Source of the DNA: Macrostomum lignano
Taxonomy: Eukaryota
Direction: 5' to 3'
DNA length: 64,000 nucleotides
Assembly: GCA_002269645.1 (NCBI GenBank)
Contig: NIVC01001405.1
Span: forward strand, 231,813 to 295,812
The notes beneath the pieces are model-generated. The model was given only the letters and a program-made list of their open reading frames with translations. It had not been told where the DNA came from and made no database searches. Both the position numbers and the translations under genes were made by a program. Of this stretch, positions 47,511 to 59,508 are shown piece by piece. Numbering within the stretch: position 1 is the first letter of the stretch; every line of letters starts with the position of its first letter.

Positions 47511-49244
47511 AACGATGCGCCCTAATAACAAAATCAACTTCTATACGAGGTCCTCCAGAAAGGGCGTCTTCTTCTAGAACTAACGGAATCGGAGTCGTGT
47601 GCTCCTATCGGTTAATCTAGGATAATCCAAAATCAATAACTCGATAATCCTCTAAGGGTATCGGAATCGGTCCGCAGATCCTATCCAATCCCTTAGGAAA
47701 AGGGAGGCCTCAAAGCTTACCAATTGGTATTTAATCTCTTCCTCAGAGATATAGCCTCGTTTGGCTGCTCTTGCAAAGCCCAAGATCTTTGGAGGCTGCT
47801 CCGAGTCTGAGATTTCAGCTCGGATTTTGCGTTTGTATTTATACACCATTTGTCGGCCTTGAGTCGACCTTGAGCTCAGAACCGGTTTTTTGAGTTCACG
47901 AAAGAAATTTTATTATTTGATAGGTGGGTTTTGAATAGAAAAGGGTGAGACTTATGTCGCATTCAGGTTAACATTTACCTTATTTGAAAGTTCTAAAAAT
48001 AGATGTCGAGAACCGGTTTTTCGAACAATAGCATAGTCACTCGCTGTTTGCGTGATATTACAAAAAAATAGAGTATGACGCATAGTTATTTTTAAACTTG
48101 TATTCATAGTTTTATCTTATTACTTTTAGTAGGCTACTATGTTTGGAGACCTCTACAGGTTCATCTTTTGCGTTATACGTATTAACATGATTCAAGTTTA
48201 ACTTCTGCTGCAACTTTTTGCGTTACTCTACTTACAGTAGCATTTTTAATGTATCTCTGCAGTTGAATATATTTGTCTTGCCGCAGCCCTGCACTCACTT
48301 GCTGTTGTTAAACGGGGTGCCTAGCAGTGCCAGGTGCTCGCGCACTGTGCTCACTTATTGTACTCTGTACCCCCAGCTTACCTCCCCCTTTTATGCCTGT
48401 TATGCCCACGTGGCCGCACATGAATGGCTGAGGAATGAAGGCCCAAATATATATAGGCGCTCCCGCCCTACGTGGAGGGCCAAGCGTTTCTGCACTGCAA
48501 ATACAATTTATTACAATAATGAGCATCACTCAAGCAGGTTCCGATACGCGGTGATAATTTAAACGTATAAAAGGAGGCTTTCTTGTGAGATCGTCGGCCA
48601 GACAGACACAGGATATTCGAACAACTTCGCCATGTGTGCCAAGCAAAACACGTAGAACAGTCTTTCTAGATTACTCTATTAGGTCGTATCACATTCGTTA
48701 CTTCGGTTTAATTTTTTGGGAAAGCTAATACCTTCACGCATATGTCTCTACAACCCATTAAATTATTTCGAGTACTTATTACAAGCAGTGTTCTACAAGC
48801 AGCCTGCCTGTGGAAGCCCTGCCTAGAGTAATTTCAGCAGAGTTCAAGGATGCACCTAAACATGCGTAAGTAGTAGGTAAAAGTACGCTTCTAGCCCCAG
48901 AACCCCTATTTAACATGCTGATTTGAAGGGCTAGTGGGGGGACACGAGGGGGTACTAAAAAAACACATCTAAATACCCTTTACCCCCCTTAAACACACTA
49001 CCTCCCACTACCTCTCACAAACTCTCACAATCACTACCAACTCACACAAAACAACACAATATTCACCCAAATCACCCAAATCATCAATAACAATCCCCTC
49101 GCGTCCCCCCATTAATAGCCCTTCAAATCATCATTTTCAATAGGTCTGATCTAGAAGCGTTCTTTTACCTACTACTACTTTATAACCCCAGGCCGCGCCG
49201 CAGGCGCGTAGGGTCTTTTTCTGTTACTAAAAATAGAACAAAAA

Positions 49245-49655
49245 ATGACACACGTTACACATGTGCAAAATATAAATGAGTATCAGGTAGGAGATCCAAT
49301 TGAATACCGAGGTGAGGGACTTTTTGATTTGGTTGGAACAGCAGCAAATTTTGTTAAAGACAATATGGGGCTTATAGGGCAAGCTGGCTCTGCAGCAGGC
49401 TCTATAACCAACGCCGTAAAGGGCGGAATTGATGCAGCTAGATCAGCAGAAGAACTAAAGAAATTGAGAGAATTTAACGATACCCTCTCACAGATAAAAG
49501 CAATAAAAGATTTGAAATTAGCACAGGAAGCAACCCAAGCCGCACAACCAACAGAAACCCCCACGAAAAGCGCACCAATAAGTAATAAAGATATTCAGGA
49601 TTTTAATAAAATGTTAAATACTATTAAAGGTGGAAAAGGATTAAAGAAATTTTAA
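49245..49655 (+). CDS. Small Gly/Ala-rich putative virion core protein, 136 aa
   Basis: GEGL and GGKGL motifs. A homologous fragment lies at 20419. Confidence 0.6.
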   Translation: MTHVTHVQNINEYQVGDPIEYRGEGLFDLVGTAANFVKDNMGLIGQAGSAAGSITNAVKGGIDAARSAEELKKLREFNDTLSQIKAIKDLKLAQEATQAAQPTETPTKSAPISNKDIQDFNKMLNTIKGGKGLKKF

Positions 49656-49665
49656 CAATATAAAA

Positions 49666-50657
49666 ATGGACTCAGTAAATGATGAAAACCGGTTATATTT
49701 TATAGGAGAAATTGTAGATGCCTTAAATCTTGATGATAATAAGCAAACCCACACAATGTTAAAAAGATTGGATCGATTAGGTAAAAAGTTTGACTACGAC
49801 ATCGATACATTTAAACTCGCAGCAAAATATGCACAAGAAGGAAGGCCAATATCCTTTAAGAATCGCGGCAGAAATTATAGGTTAACAGACTCCGATGTGA
49901 AATTTTTAATGGAGACTCACACTAAAAAGGACGGCGGATTACTACCCATTCTACCGCTTCTTTTAGGACTTGGCGCAGCTGGAGCAGTCGGTTTAGCCGG
50001 AAAAAGAATTCATGATAATGTAAAACAGCTAGGAGAGTTAAGAGCGAAACAGGGGGAATCTTGCCCCTTGCAGCTTTGCTCCCAATAATTTTTGCAGGAA
50101 TTGGAGCAGCTGGAGGAGTTGCTGGCGGAGCAGCTGGAATTGCAAAAGCAGTAAATGACAAAAAAGCTGCGGACGAAAAAGCTAAAAGAGAGGCCGAATT
50201 TCAAAGACAGCAAATAACGCAGGACGCACAATTTAAACAAAAACTTATCGATACAATTAATAGTAGTTCAGCAACAGCTGAGCAAAAAAGAAATGCAGAA
50301 GCTAGGTTATCAGCTGGAAAAGGGTTAATACTAAAAGGATCAAATCATGGCAATGGTTTACTTTTACAAGGAACAACCCAAGGAAGCGGAGTTGTCGCAG
50401 ATAAATTACATGAGTTTGGTCAAACTTTAGAAAAAACGGGTGAGAAAGCTAAAGGATTTTTTGACAATATTGGGGCTAATTTTAGGCCAGCAGTTCAGAA
50501 GATTTTTACTAAATTAGGAAAAGATTTTAACATAATTGAAAAGCATGATGGAAGTGGGTTATATCTCGAAATGAGACCGAAAGCAGGTTCAGGAATTTTC
50601 TTAAATGCAAATGTTATGGGTAGTGGGTTACTGTTACCGAAAGCAGATTACGAATAA
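49666..50657 (+). pseudogene. Adenovirus pX-like core polyprotein; two track ORFs probably joined by a 1-G loss at ~50055
   Basis: KDGG-LLPILPLLLGLGAAG and (restored) KQGG-ILPLAALLPIIFAGIGAAGG, with repeated GxGL(Y/F/L)L at the C-terminus. Confidence 0.65.
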
Positions 50658-50683
50658 ATATTGTATAAATTTTATTCTATAAA

Positions 50684-53600
50684 ATGGAAGCAATTTTAGC
50701 TCAAATCGACAACCCAGAACTTAGAGCACAATTAATAGCTCAAATCGAAGCACAACGAATTGCCGATAGGGCTGAAATAGAAGCTAGAGTTAGAGCAGAA
50801 AATGAAATACGTTTAGAAAGACAATTAAATGATATTGATAATCCTCAACCAATAAGACAAAATGGAGCTGAAGTAATCAATATAGATATTGATATAAATA
50901 CAGATTATAAAGAATATTTTAAACAAATGAAAAAAAAATTAAAGATCACATTAGATAATTATACTATGAAACCTAATAACAAACGACAGCCAATTAAGTA
51001 TAAAATAGAAATTGAAACAGAATTTAAAAAACCAAGTATGATTAATGCAAATTCAGAAATTGAAGTAATAAATACCTTTTCACAAGAATCATATAAGACA
51101 CTCCTATCAATGAGAAATTACGACAATCAATTTAATCAAATAGAAGCTGAGTTTGATGAATGGATAGATAAAATGACAGAAAACGGATCAGGATTCATTT
51201 TTATATCTTGTAACTCAGCAATAGTAAAGATAGTTCCAATTGAAATTCTTAGAGGACGATCACACATGGATCCTGGATTTAAATCACCAATGATAATAAA
51301 TCCTGATAATAAGGATGATAGGTGTTTATTATGGTGTTTATTAATTCATAAATATCACAAATATCACAAACAGTTAAAATCGCGTGTAAATAAAATATCT
51401 AATTATAGACAATATGAGGATGAAATAATAATGAAAAACATATCATACCCAGTATCTATAGATGATATATATAAGGTTGAAAAAATGAATGGATTAAATA
51501 TTAATGTGTTTACAATTGAAGAACCAAAAGATCTAGAAGAAACTATAACTGATAAAGAATGGTATAAAAAAAGATGTTATTTAGTAAAGCCAGCAACAGA
51601 TATAACAGCACCAGATCAAATTGATTTATTATACATACAGAATGAAAACAATACTCATTATATTTACATAAAGGACATTAATTCCTTTTTAAGAGAAAAT
51701 GGAAATAGGGCATTATTATGTAGAAACTGTTTCACATTTAAAAAAGACGAAACAGCTCTTAAAAACCACCAAAGGTTTTGTTTGGATCACAAATTTACTA
51801 ACGTTATTATGCCCGATGAAAAAGAACAAATCCTAAAGTTCCAACAACATTATATGGCAATTAAAAAACCAATAGTAATATATGCTGATTTTGAAGCAAC
51901 AAATGTTCCCTTAAAAGAACCACCGACAGTATCTGATGGTGAATGTACAAAAAAATTAGCACAACAGTTCCCAAATAGTTATTGTATATATGTACACTCC
52001 GTAGCTGATAATATATTTAAATCAAGGATGTTTACTTACCATGGTAAGGATGCCGCAAAACACATGGCAGAAGAATTAGTAAATGTTTTTGAATTTATTC
52101 AAAATCAATATGATAAGTTATCAAAATATATTAATATGACAGATAAGGATAAAGAAGATTATAAAAATGCAACAAATTGTTTTATGTGTAAAAGGGCTAT
52201 AAGTAAGAATAATAAGATACGAGAACATTGCCATCTAACGGGAAAATATCGCGGGGCAGCATGTAGATCATGTAACGCAAAAGAAGGAAAAGGATGTAAG
52301 GAAATACCAGTATTTTTTCATAATGGTTCCGGATATGATTTTCTTCATTTAGGAATTGCTTCATTTAGGTAGAGATGAATATGAAATAAATATATTACCT
52401 AAAACATCAGAAAATTACATATCAATAACATATGGAAAAAAATATTCCCATCTAGTTTTTCTAGATTCCTTAAGATTCTTATCAACCTCTTTAGCTAATG
52501 TAGTTTCATCATTAGTTCCAAAACCATGGGATTTAGAAATAGTAAAGAAAAACTTTCCAATCTTATTGAATCGATTCAAAAAGGAAAAACTATCCGAGGA
52601 AGAACTAATGCTATTAACTCGCAAGGGCATCTATCCATATGAATATGTAACATCTGAAAAGGTATTTAATGATACTCAACTGCCCCCAATTGATAAGTTT
52701 TACTCAATATTATCACAATCAAATATAACCGAATCGGATTATGAACACGCTCAAAAAGTATGGAAATATTTTAATTGTAAAACATTTAAAGATTATCATA
52801 ATCTATACCTTAAAGCAGATGTTCTCCTATTAGCTGATGCGTTTGAAAACTTTAGGAATCATACATATGAGAATTTTAAAATTGATCCAGCATATTGTTT
52901 CAGTGCACCAGGATTAACATGGGCATGTGGTTTGAAATATACAGATGTTAAAATTAATTTACTAACAGATCATGATATGTTGTTAATGATTGAGAGAGGA
53001 ATTCGAGGAGGATTCTCAGGGGTACTAGGAGATAGATATACTAAAGTAAATAATAAATATTTACCAAATTATAATAAAAAAGAAAAATCATCATATGTGT
53101 TATATCTAGATGCAAACAATTTATATGGTGGGTGTATGAAACAAAAATTACCAATAGCTGATTTCCAATGGGAAGACGATCCAGATTATTACAAAAACAT
53201 TCCCGAAGGAAGGGGATGTATCGTAGAAGTGGATTTGCAATATACTCGGGAAGCAAAAGCAAAAAAATATAAATATCCCCTAGCTCCAGAGCATTGTTCA
53301 GTTAATGAAGACGATTTATCACAAACACAAAAAGATTACCTCAAAGCGGATAATACAAAACATCTAGCAACAAAAAAGTTAATACTAAATTTACATGATA
53401 AGAAAAACTATGTAGTGCATTATAAGCTTCTACATTTTTATGAAAAGCAGGGACTAAAAGTTACAAAAGTACATCGAACAATATCGTTTATTGAGGAAGA
53501 GTGGTTAGCTAAATATATCGACTTTAATTCAAATCAGAGACAGATGTCAAAAACAAATTTCGAGAAAGATTACTGGAAATTAATGAATAATGCTTTTTAT

Positions 53601-54548
53601 GGAAAAACGGTTGAAAATATTAGAGATAGAACCCAATTCCATTTAGAAAAGGATATTGATAAAGCAAAGAAATATTTCTCAAAACCTAATTTTAAAGACT
53701 TTATAAAATTTGATAATGAATTTATGGGAATACATATGAGAAATAAAACAACAAAATTTCTTAAGCCAATCTTTATTGGAATGGTAGTTTTAGATTTTGC
53801 AAAGCTTGTAATGTATGAATATTATTATGATGTTATAAATAAAACTTGGCCAGATAACTATCCAATATATGCAGACACCGACAGTTTGGTATTTAAGGTT
53901 GAAACTCCAGACGTCTATAAAGACATGGAAACAATTCAGGATACATTGGATACATCCGACTATCCTGATAACCATCCCTTAAAATCAAATAAAAATAAGA
54001 AAGTTGTACTTAAAATGAAAGATGAATTAAATAGCAAAATCATAACCGAGTTTATAGCAATAAGATCAAAATGCTATGCATTTAAGGTTTTAGGACAGGA
54101 GGGAGAGGTAAAAAAAATAAAAGGGGTATCAAGAGCAGCAGTAAAAAAGATAACATTTGATGATTATAAAAACGTACTTTTAGATTATCTTAATACAATT
54201 GAAAATTACCATGCTCCACAATATCGATTAAATTCAGATAAGCATCAAATGTATGTCATCGAGACAGATAAAAAAACATTAAATCCTTATGATGATAAAA
54301 GGTATTTAGATAATATAATTAAAACATATCCATATGGTTTAAAAGAAGAAATTAAAAACATGCAAAATGATAAAAAACAAAAAGAGGATATAATAAATAA
54401 ATATAAAGAATACATTGAGTCAATAAATAATTATTATCATGATTGTGATTGTGAATCCGATTGCGAATGCGAATATAATAAATTTTTAGAATATGAAAAA
54501 GATATTGATAAATATTATGAAACATTTCCAAAAGAACTTAAAAAATAA
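50684..54548 (+). pseudogene. polB: Protein-primed family B DNA polymerase, split by a frameshift at ~52350
   Basis: IYADFE, CFMC...HCHLTGKYRGAACRSCN, FHNGSGYD, KGIYPYEY, DVLLLADAFE, YLDANNLYG, KLMNNAFYGK and YADTDS. Duplicated CTTCATTTAGG at the break. Confidence 0.96.
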
Positions 54549-54596
54549 ATAAGGACAAAGCATTGGATAACTGGAAGAGACTAACAGAAGGATTAC

Positions 54597-54971
54597 TTAA
54601 GCTACATACTGATCAAGCAAAGTTCGATCAGGTCTGTAAAAAACTAAAGCATGTAATTGTTTAAGCATAATATCCATTTCAATTTCATATTTTATTGAGC
54701 ACCAATTTTCCTCACAGTCAGTGGGGTAACTTAAACATTCTTTTACTTTTTTCCTAAGTATTTTTATTCGTCTAACCAATCTATCTATTTCAATTTCAAT
54801 TACTGTTTCAGCATAAGCAATTGCAGATTTAATAAAACGTTTTCTTTTATCTAAATCATATCGGATAGGAAACATGTCGTCCCCATAATCACTATAAAAC
54901 AATCTATTTAATTTTTTATTAATATCATTCAGTTCACGCTCTTTAGTGATAAGGATTTTTAGTGTCTCCAT
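54597..54971 (-). CDS. Hypothetical protein, 124 aa
   Basis: ATG-initiated ORF with AAAATG context in the packed viral gene array. Confidence 0.6.
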   Translation of the reverse strand: METLKILITKERELNDINKKLNRLFYSDYGDDMFPIRYDLDKRKRFIKSAIAYAETVIEIEIDRLVRRIKILRKKVKECLSYPTDCEENWCSIKYEIEMDIMLKQLHALVFYRPDRTLLDQYVA

Positions 54972-54992
54972 TTTCTTATAAAAAATTTAAAC

Positions 54993-55322
54993 TTATTCGG
55001 GGTCATCCTCCCAAACCGAAGCCAATTTTACAGTCCTATCACTCTTTTTATTTTTTGCTTGTTTTAGTTTAAATTGCAACCCACCCTCCATACTGTATTT
55101 CATAACAAACGCTTTTGGTTTATTAATAACTAAAACTGGAAAATTTTTAACATCATTCCCACTTAGACATAAAATTTTATTCCCATCCAATTGTATAAAT
55201 ATCGATTGAAGTCCAATAAATTTAACCTGCCTCAAACATATAATATCATATTCTTTATTCTCCAACATATTGGGTGTGAGATAATTAATCACATTAGAAT
55301 CGGTTTTGAACCAACTTTCCAT
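54993..55322 (-). CDS. Hypothetical protein, ~109 aa (MESWFKTDS...)
   Basis: TAAAAATG start at 55322 is more plausible than the track start. Confidence 0.55.
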   Translation of the reverse strand: MESWFKTDSNVINYLTPNMLENKEYDIICLRQVKFIGLQSIFIQLDGNKILCLSGNDVKNFPVLVINKPKAFVMKYSMEGGLQFKLKQAKNKKSDRTVKLASVWEDDPE

Positions 55323-55349
55323 TTTTAATCTAAAAAAATAACAAAAAAA

Positions 55350-55862
55350 ATGAAAGACATTTACGAATGTAAAAAATGTAATGTGGCCATGCATAGAGGG
55401 CAAACAGCAAACGTAGATATATATCATATGTGTTATTCATGTTCTAAAATATATCAATTTGAAAAAATAAAAAAGATTGAAAATTCATATTACTATTTTA
55501 AAAACACAATTTTAAGAAATCTTACAAGAGACATTTCCAATCCAATTTTAATTCCGGGAAATAATGTTTATTTATATAATAACTTTTTCCATTTAAATAA
55601 AGGAAAGGGATTAAGTTCGAAAGACGCCGAAAGGATTTTAATTTTAGTTGGATATTATTTTAATTTTCTTATGCGAGAGAATACAAAGTTTATAAGGATT
55701 GGTAACATACCTAACGAAATGTTATTGAAAAAGTCATTAGAATTTTTATGTATTGATAAAAAATTTAAACCTAGGATTACAAGAGAGTTACCACTTTGGG
55801 AAGAATATATAACATATGCGTTAAATAAGTTAAACAACCTGAAGTTCTACAGTACTTCCTGA
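55350..55862 (+). CDS. Hypothetical protein with N-terminal CxxC...HxCxxC, 170 aa
   Basis: CKKC...HMCYSC. Confidence 0.5.
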   Translation: MKDIYECKKCNVAMHRGQTANVDIYHMCYSCSKIYQFEKIKKIENSYYYFKNTILRNLTRDISNPILIPGNNVYLYNNFFHLNKGKGLSSKDAERILILVGYYFNFLMRENTKFIRIGNIPNEMLLKKSLEFLCIDKKFKPRITRELPLWEEYITYALNKLNNLKFYSTS

Positions 55863-56425
55863 CCGCGGGCTTTGTGCCCAGTAGCAATAGTTTCGGGCTC
55901 ATAAATAGCTAATGTATCTATCGGAGGAGCTTTGGGTTTGTCCAAACGCAATTCCTTCAATTCCATATCGGTAAAAGTTTCAACATCCAAAATTCTATTT
56001 CTATCTTTTAAATATTTTTCATATAATTCAACCGCGGTTGATAATTCATGAATCGTTATCTCTCCGTCATCCAATATTTTTTGCACATATAAATATAATT
56101 GATTTTTATATTGTTTTGCAACATCTCTTAAAGATTTATATTTTTCCTTTCTTTTTTTAAGATATAATTTAATTGCTAAAAGTATTGATAAGTTCCTGAT
56201 CAATTCAAAACCTGATATTGAGCCAATTGAAATACCTAAAAATAATTGAGATAAATTAAGAGTTGGAAATGATTGTAAAACACCTAAAACGATTACACAT
56301 AACATCGATAAACTTCCAAATCCAATATTGAAAAAGTCCATATTTCTTATATGGTTTGAAACTCTTCTTACTTTTTTAGCATATAAATCATAATCATAAT
56401 TTATTCGATCAACATTACTCAACAT
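55847..56425 (-). CDS. Polinton-type membrane protein (two hydrophobic segments, then basic helices)
   Basis: IGFGSLSMLCVIVLGVL...LFLGISIGSISG, then KILDDGEIT...YEKY. Resembles a recurrent adintovirus membrane-protein family, by eye. Confidence 0.6.
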   Translation of the reverse strand: MLSNVDRINYDYDLYAKKVRRVSNHIRNMDFFNIGFGSLSMLCVIVLGVLQSFPTLNLSQLFLGISIGSISGFELIRNLSILLAIKLYLKKRKEKYKSLRDVAKQYKNQLYLYVQKILDDGEITIHELSTAVELYEKYLKDRNRILDVETFTDMELKELRLDKPKAPPIDTLAIYEPETIATGHKARGQEVL

Positions 56426-56469
56426 GTGACCTTGCGTTGGTTAAAATGGTCACTTCCCTTTTATCTGCT

Positions 56470-58874
56470 TCAGACACCGACATTTTCGTCTATTTTTAAT
56501 AGCACCAAAATGAATTCCCCGCGCTCTTTGGGGATTTGTCCCGAGCTCAATAGGTATTGTATTGGAGTTATTCTTTCTTTTTTCTCCCATTTAAATCCTA
56601 TTTTCCAAAACTCTTGAAGTATAATATGATTTTTTAATAACTTAATTAATTCTTGAAGCTTCTTATTATCCTGAACATTTACAGTACTAAATAAAAATTT
56701 GGTATGAGATTTGAATGTTTTTATATTTGATTCTTGTTTAGGAATAGGAATAATAACATTATTTTGCCGCATCGATGGAGTTCTACTAAAAGCCATTTTA
56801 TATATAAATATTTTATATATAAATATTTTATATTTGAGTAGGAGGTTTTTCCAAATAAGCAGTAGAGGGAAAAACATAACCAAAGACGTACTACCACATA
56901 CAACTGCACCACGAATAAAATGTGCAGCATCCGCTCCACCAGTTCGAGCGCCAAAACCCATAAGGGTTCCAGATTTATCTAAAGTTCCCCAAGTTCCACT
57001 ATCATATGTGAAAACGTTCTGTCCAATGAGGGTAAAAGAATCACCAGCAACATTGTATGACTGTAATCGGTACCAAACCCTTTGATTTAAAATATTAACT
57101 TCAAATAAATGCCAATCGCCGTTATCAATATTAGCATAGGCTACAGTTTGATCCGCATCACTACTAACATCGTTACGAACCGTAGATCCGTCTGATTTTT
57201 TATTACTCCAAACAACTCCAAACCTATCAGTCCACTCACTAGCAAACACTATCAGCCCGGCGTCGGTTGATAATCCAGTTCCAAATTCCGATGTTGGACG
57301 TTGGTGACAGTATGCATAAAACCAAACCGCATCTGCACCATCTCCTGTAGCATTAGCAACTCGGAAAAAGAAAGACGCAGATATATTTTGAAAATGTGTG
57401 AAATTGAATTGTAAAGCACCACTTACTCCAGAAGTTTCACGAGTAATTCTAGCGCCGTTTTGATAATCGATATAAGAAGCATCGCTAATTAAAGAACCGA
57501 CTGGATATATATCTCCGGCGGTTGTTGGATTTTGATATCCAGACCAATTGCAAATTACTGGTTCGAACAAGGCCGCATCAATAGCAGGTATTCCATCCAA
57601 TTTATTTTTATCGCTTCCAGACATTCTACCATTTGATGTTGGAGTAGCTAGCTGATCTACGTACGCTCGCGGAACTGCAGAAAGTATTTGAGTTGGCCAA
57701 TTAAGATCTTGAATTTCAACACGGTGTTCAAATAATTGTATTTGACGAACCTCGATAGGTTGTGTACCGGTACCACCAGTTGGGAAGAATACGCTATAAT
57801 ATTTCCAAAAATTAGTCGTTAAATTAGATAGAGCAAATGATGTTGCTTGAACTGGTGATCCCGACGTAGTTAATGTCGTCCATGAATCGGTAGCAACATT
57901 TTTTGCGCGAACCGACCACCCCGAGGGTATCTCAATTGTTTCACTGCCTGTAATTCTTAATTCAAATATTCTTCTATTATAACCTAAAAATTCAAATTGA
58001 ATTTCCATATTGGTTGTGGTTCCGGTATTTGGTGACCATTGTGTCGCAAGGCTTCCATCTCCAACTCGAAAAGCTGTGTTGCCATTTTCAGATGCTGTAA
58101 GAACAACATCAGGATTTGAAGTATTTGATGTAAGCGGCGTGGTAAAAATATCGGCGTCAGTTGCATTAGCTCGCTCGTTTACTTGGCCTAGAGTTACCGA
58201 GTCTGCGTTCTCTGTTCCAAATAATAAATTTGTTAATTTAAAATTATTCATATTAATATTACCACTACGAGTGGCAACTTGATTATCGACATAGTTCTTA
58301 TCAACCACTGAATCACTAGTTGTAATTGAAACATTTATAATTCGGTTGTTGCTCATATCTAGGTTTCCGGTTGCGGTGGTTTGAACATAACGTGAATCAG
58401 AATCAGTTCGAGAATAAGAATCAGTTACATCTCTTTTTAAATTTAATCCATTATCAACTTCGGTTTTGGTATAAGAATCGGCTGTATTGCGTTTTAAATT
58501 TAATGAATTATCAACTTCGGTTTTGGTATAGGAATCGGCTACGTTCCGTTTCAAATTTAATGAATTATCAACCTCTGTTTTGGTATAAGAATCGGCTGTA
58601 TTGCGTTTTAAATTTAATGAATTATCAACTTCGGTTTTGGTATAGGAATCGGCTACGTTCCGTTTCAGATTTAGTGAATCATCGATTTGAGTTTTAGTAT
58701 AGGAATCTGCAACGTTTCTTTTTAAATTTAATTTATTATCAATTCAGTTTTTTTATAACCTTCATCCTCATTAATATATCGATTATCTCCAAATGTAACA
58801 CTGATGCCGCCAGATGTGCCACCACCACCACTACTTGTTGTTCCGTTCCATGAGGGTGTTCCAGAAAATAACAT
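56470..58874 (-). pseudogene. Fibre/receptor-binding-like protein; frameshift near 58745, and the C-terminus may be fused to a separate ORF starting at 56796
   Basis: ATG at 58874, six 19-aa repeats NLKRNVADSYTKTEVDNSL, LDMSNNRIINV / NMNNFKLTNL shaft-like motifs and beta-rich domains. Confidence 0.65.
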
Positions 58875-58883
58875 TTTTACTGT

Positions 58884-59501
58884 CTATTTTATAGAATCTA
58901 AAATCGCCCTAAAGTCTTCGGGTCTTTCCTTCGAGTTATTAATTTTATATAAAAAATACAACGCCGCTTGCCCGCAATAACTTTTGTCAAAGGTTTGAAA
59001 TTGTTCGTGATAATCTCCACATAAACGATTTTTAGTATGATTAAATTTATCTTTTATTTCCTGTAACGGAGGAAGCGCGTATGAATCAAAAAAATAAACA
59101 AGTTTTGGTTTTGAATAAACTGCTGACCAATGAACACCGTTTTCTTTTGTTGTTTCAATATTAACAATGAAAGATCCATATCTTGGTAAGTCTTTTATCT
59201 CATCCCGCATAACACATCTAAATGGTTTTATTTTTAACTGCCGCGCCCAATTTGTTAATTCGATATTGCTTGTTGTGTCTGTTCCATATCGTTGTTTGAA
59301 TATATGCCAATTCATGGTCATTTTATGTTCCTGAAAAACTTTGGTTTTAGTTAGTTTAGTAGGTGTGGGTTTTAACAATTCCTTTCTTATTTTATCAGCT
59401 TGTAACTGCCTTAATTTTGCTAGTTCTAGTTCGTAATTATCTTCAGCTTTTTTAACTTTTTCTGATTGTTTTTTTAGTAAATTATTATTATTATTACCCA
59501 T
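58884..59501 (-). CDS. Adenain/Ulp1-like cysteine protease, 205 aa
   Basis: GVHWSAVY...YFFDSY...QFQ...SYCG gives an H-D-Q-C arrangement. Confidence 0.92.
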   Translation of the reverse strand: MGNNNNNLLKKQSEKVKKAEDNYELELAKLRQLQADKIRKELLKPTPTKLTKTKVFQEHKMTMNWHIFKQRYGTDTTSNIELTNWARQLKIKPFRCVMRDEIKDLPRYGSFIVNIETTKENGVHWSAVYSKPKLVYFFDSYALPPLQEIKDKFNHTKNRLCGDYHEQFQTFDKSYCGQAALYFLYKINNSKERPEDFRAILDSIK

Positions 59502-59508
59502 TTTTACT

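Larger units (their letters stand above)
45398..48157 (-). mobile_element. Family-B solo LTR expanded to 2.76 kb by a 25-bp array and an internal insertion
   Basis: TGAAGAG...CTCTACA on the + strand, with a 4-bp TSD GGTT at 45394-45397 and 48158-48161. Confidence 0.9.

Noticed and set aside
45633-47620. Overlapping ORFs in three frames (CRNQCIPRVQKSM...), also at 12663-13084
   Set aside because: Artefacts of the 25-bp array, which is open in all three frames.
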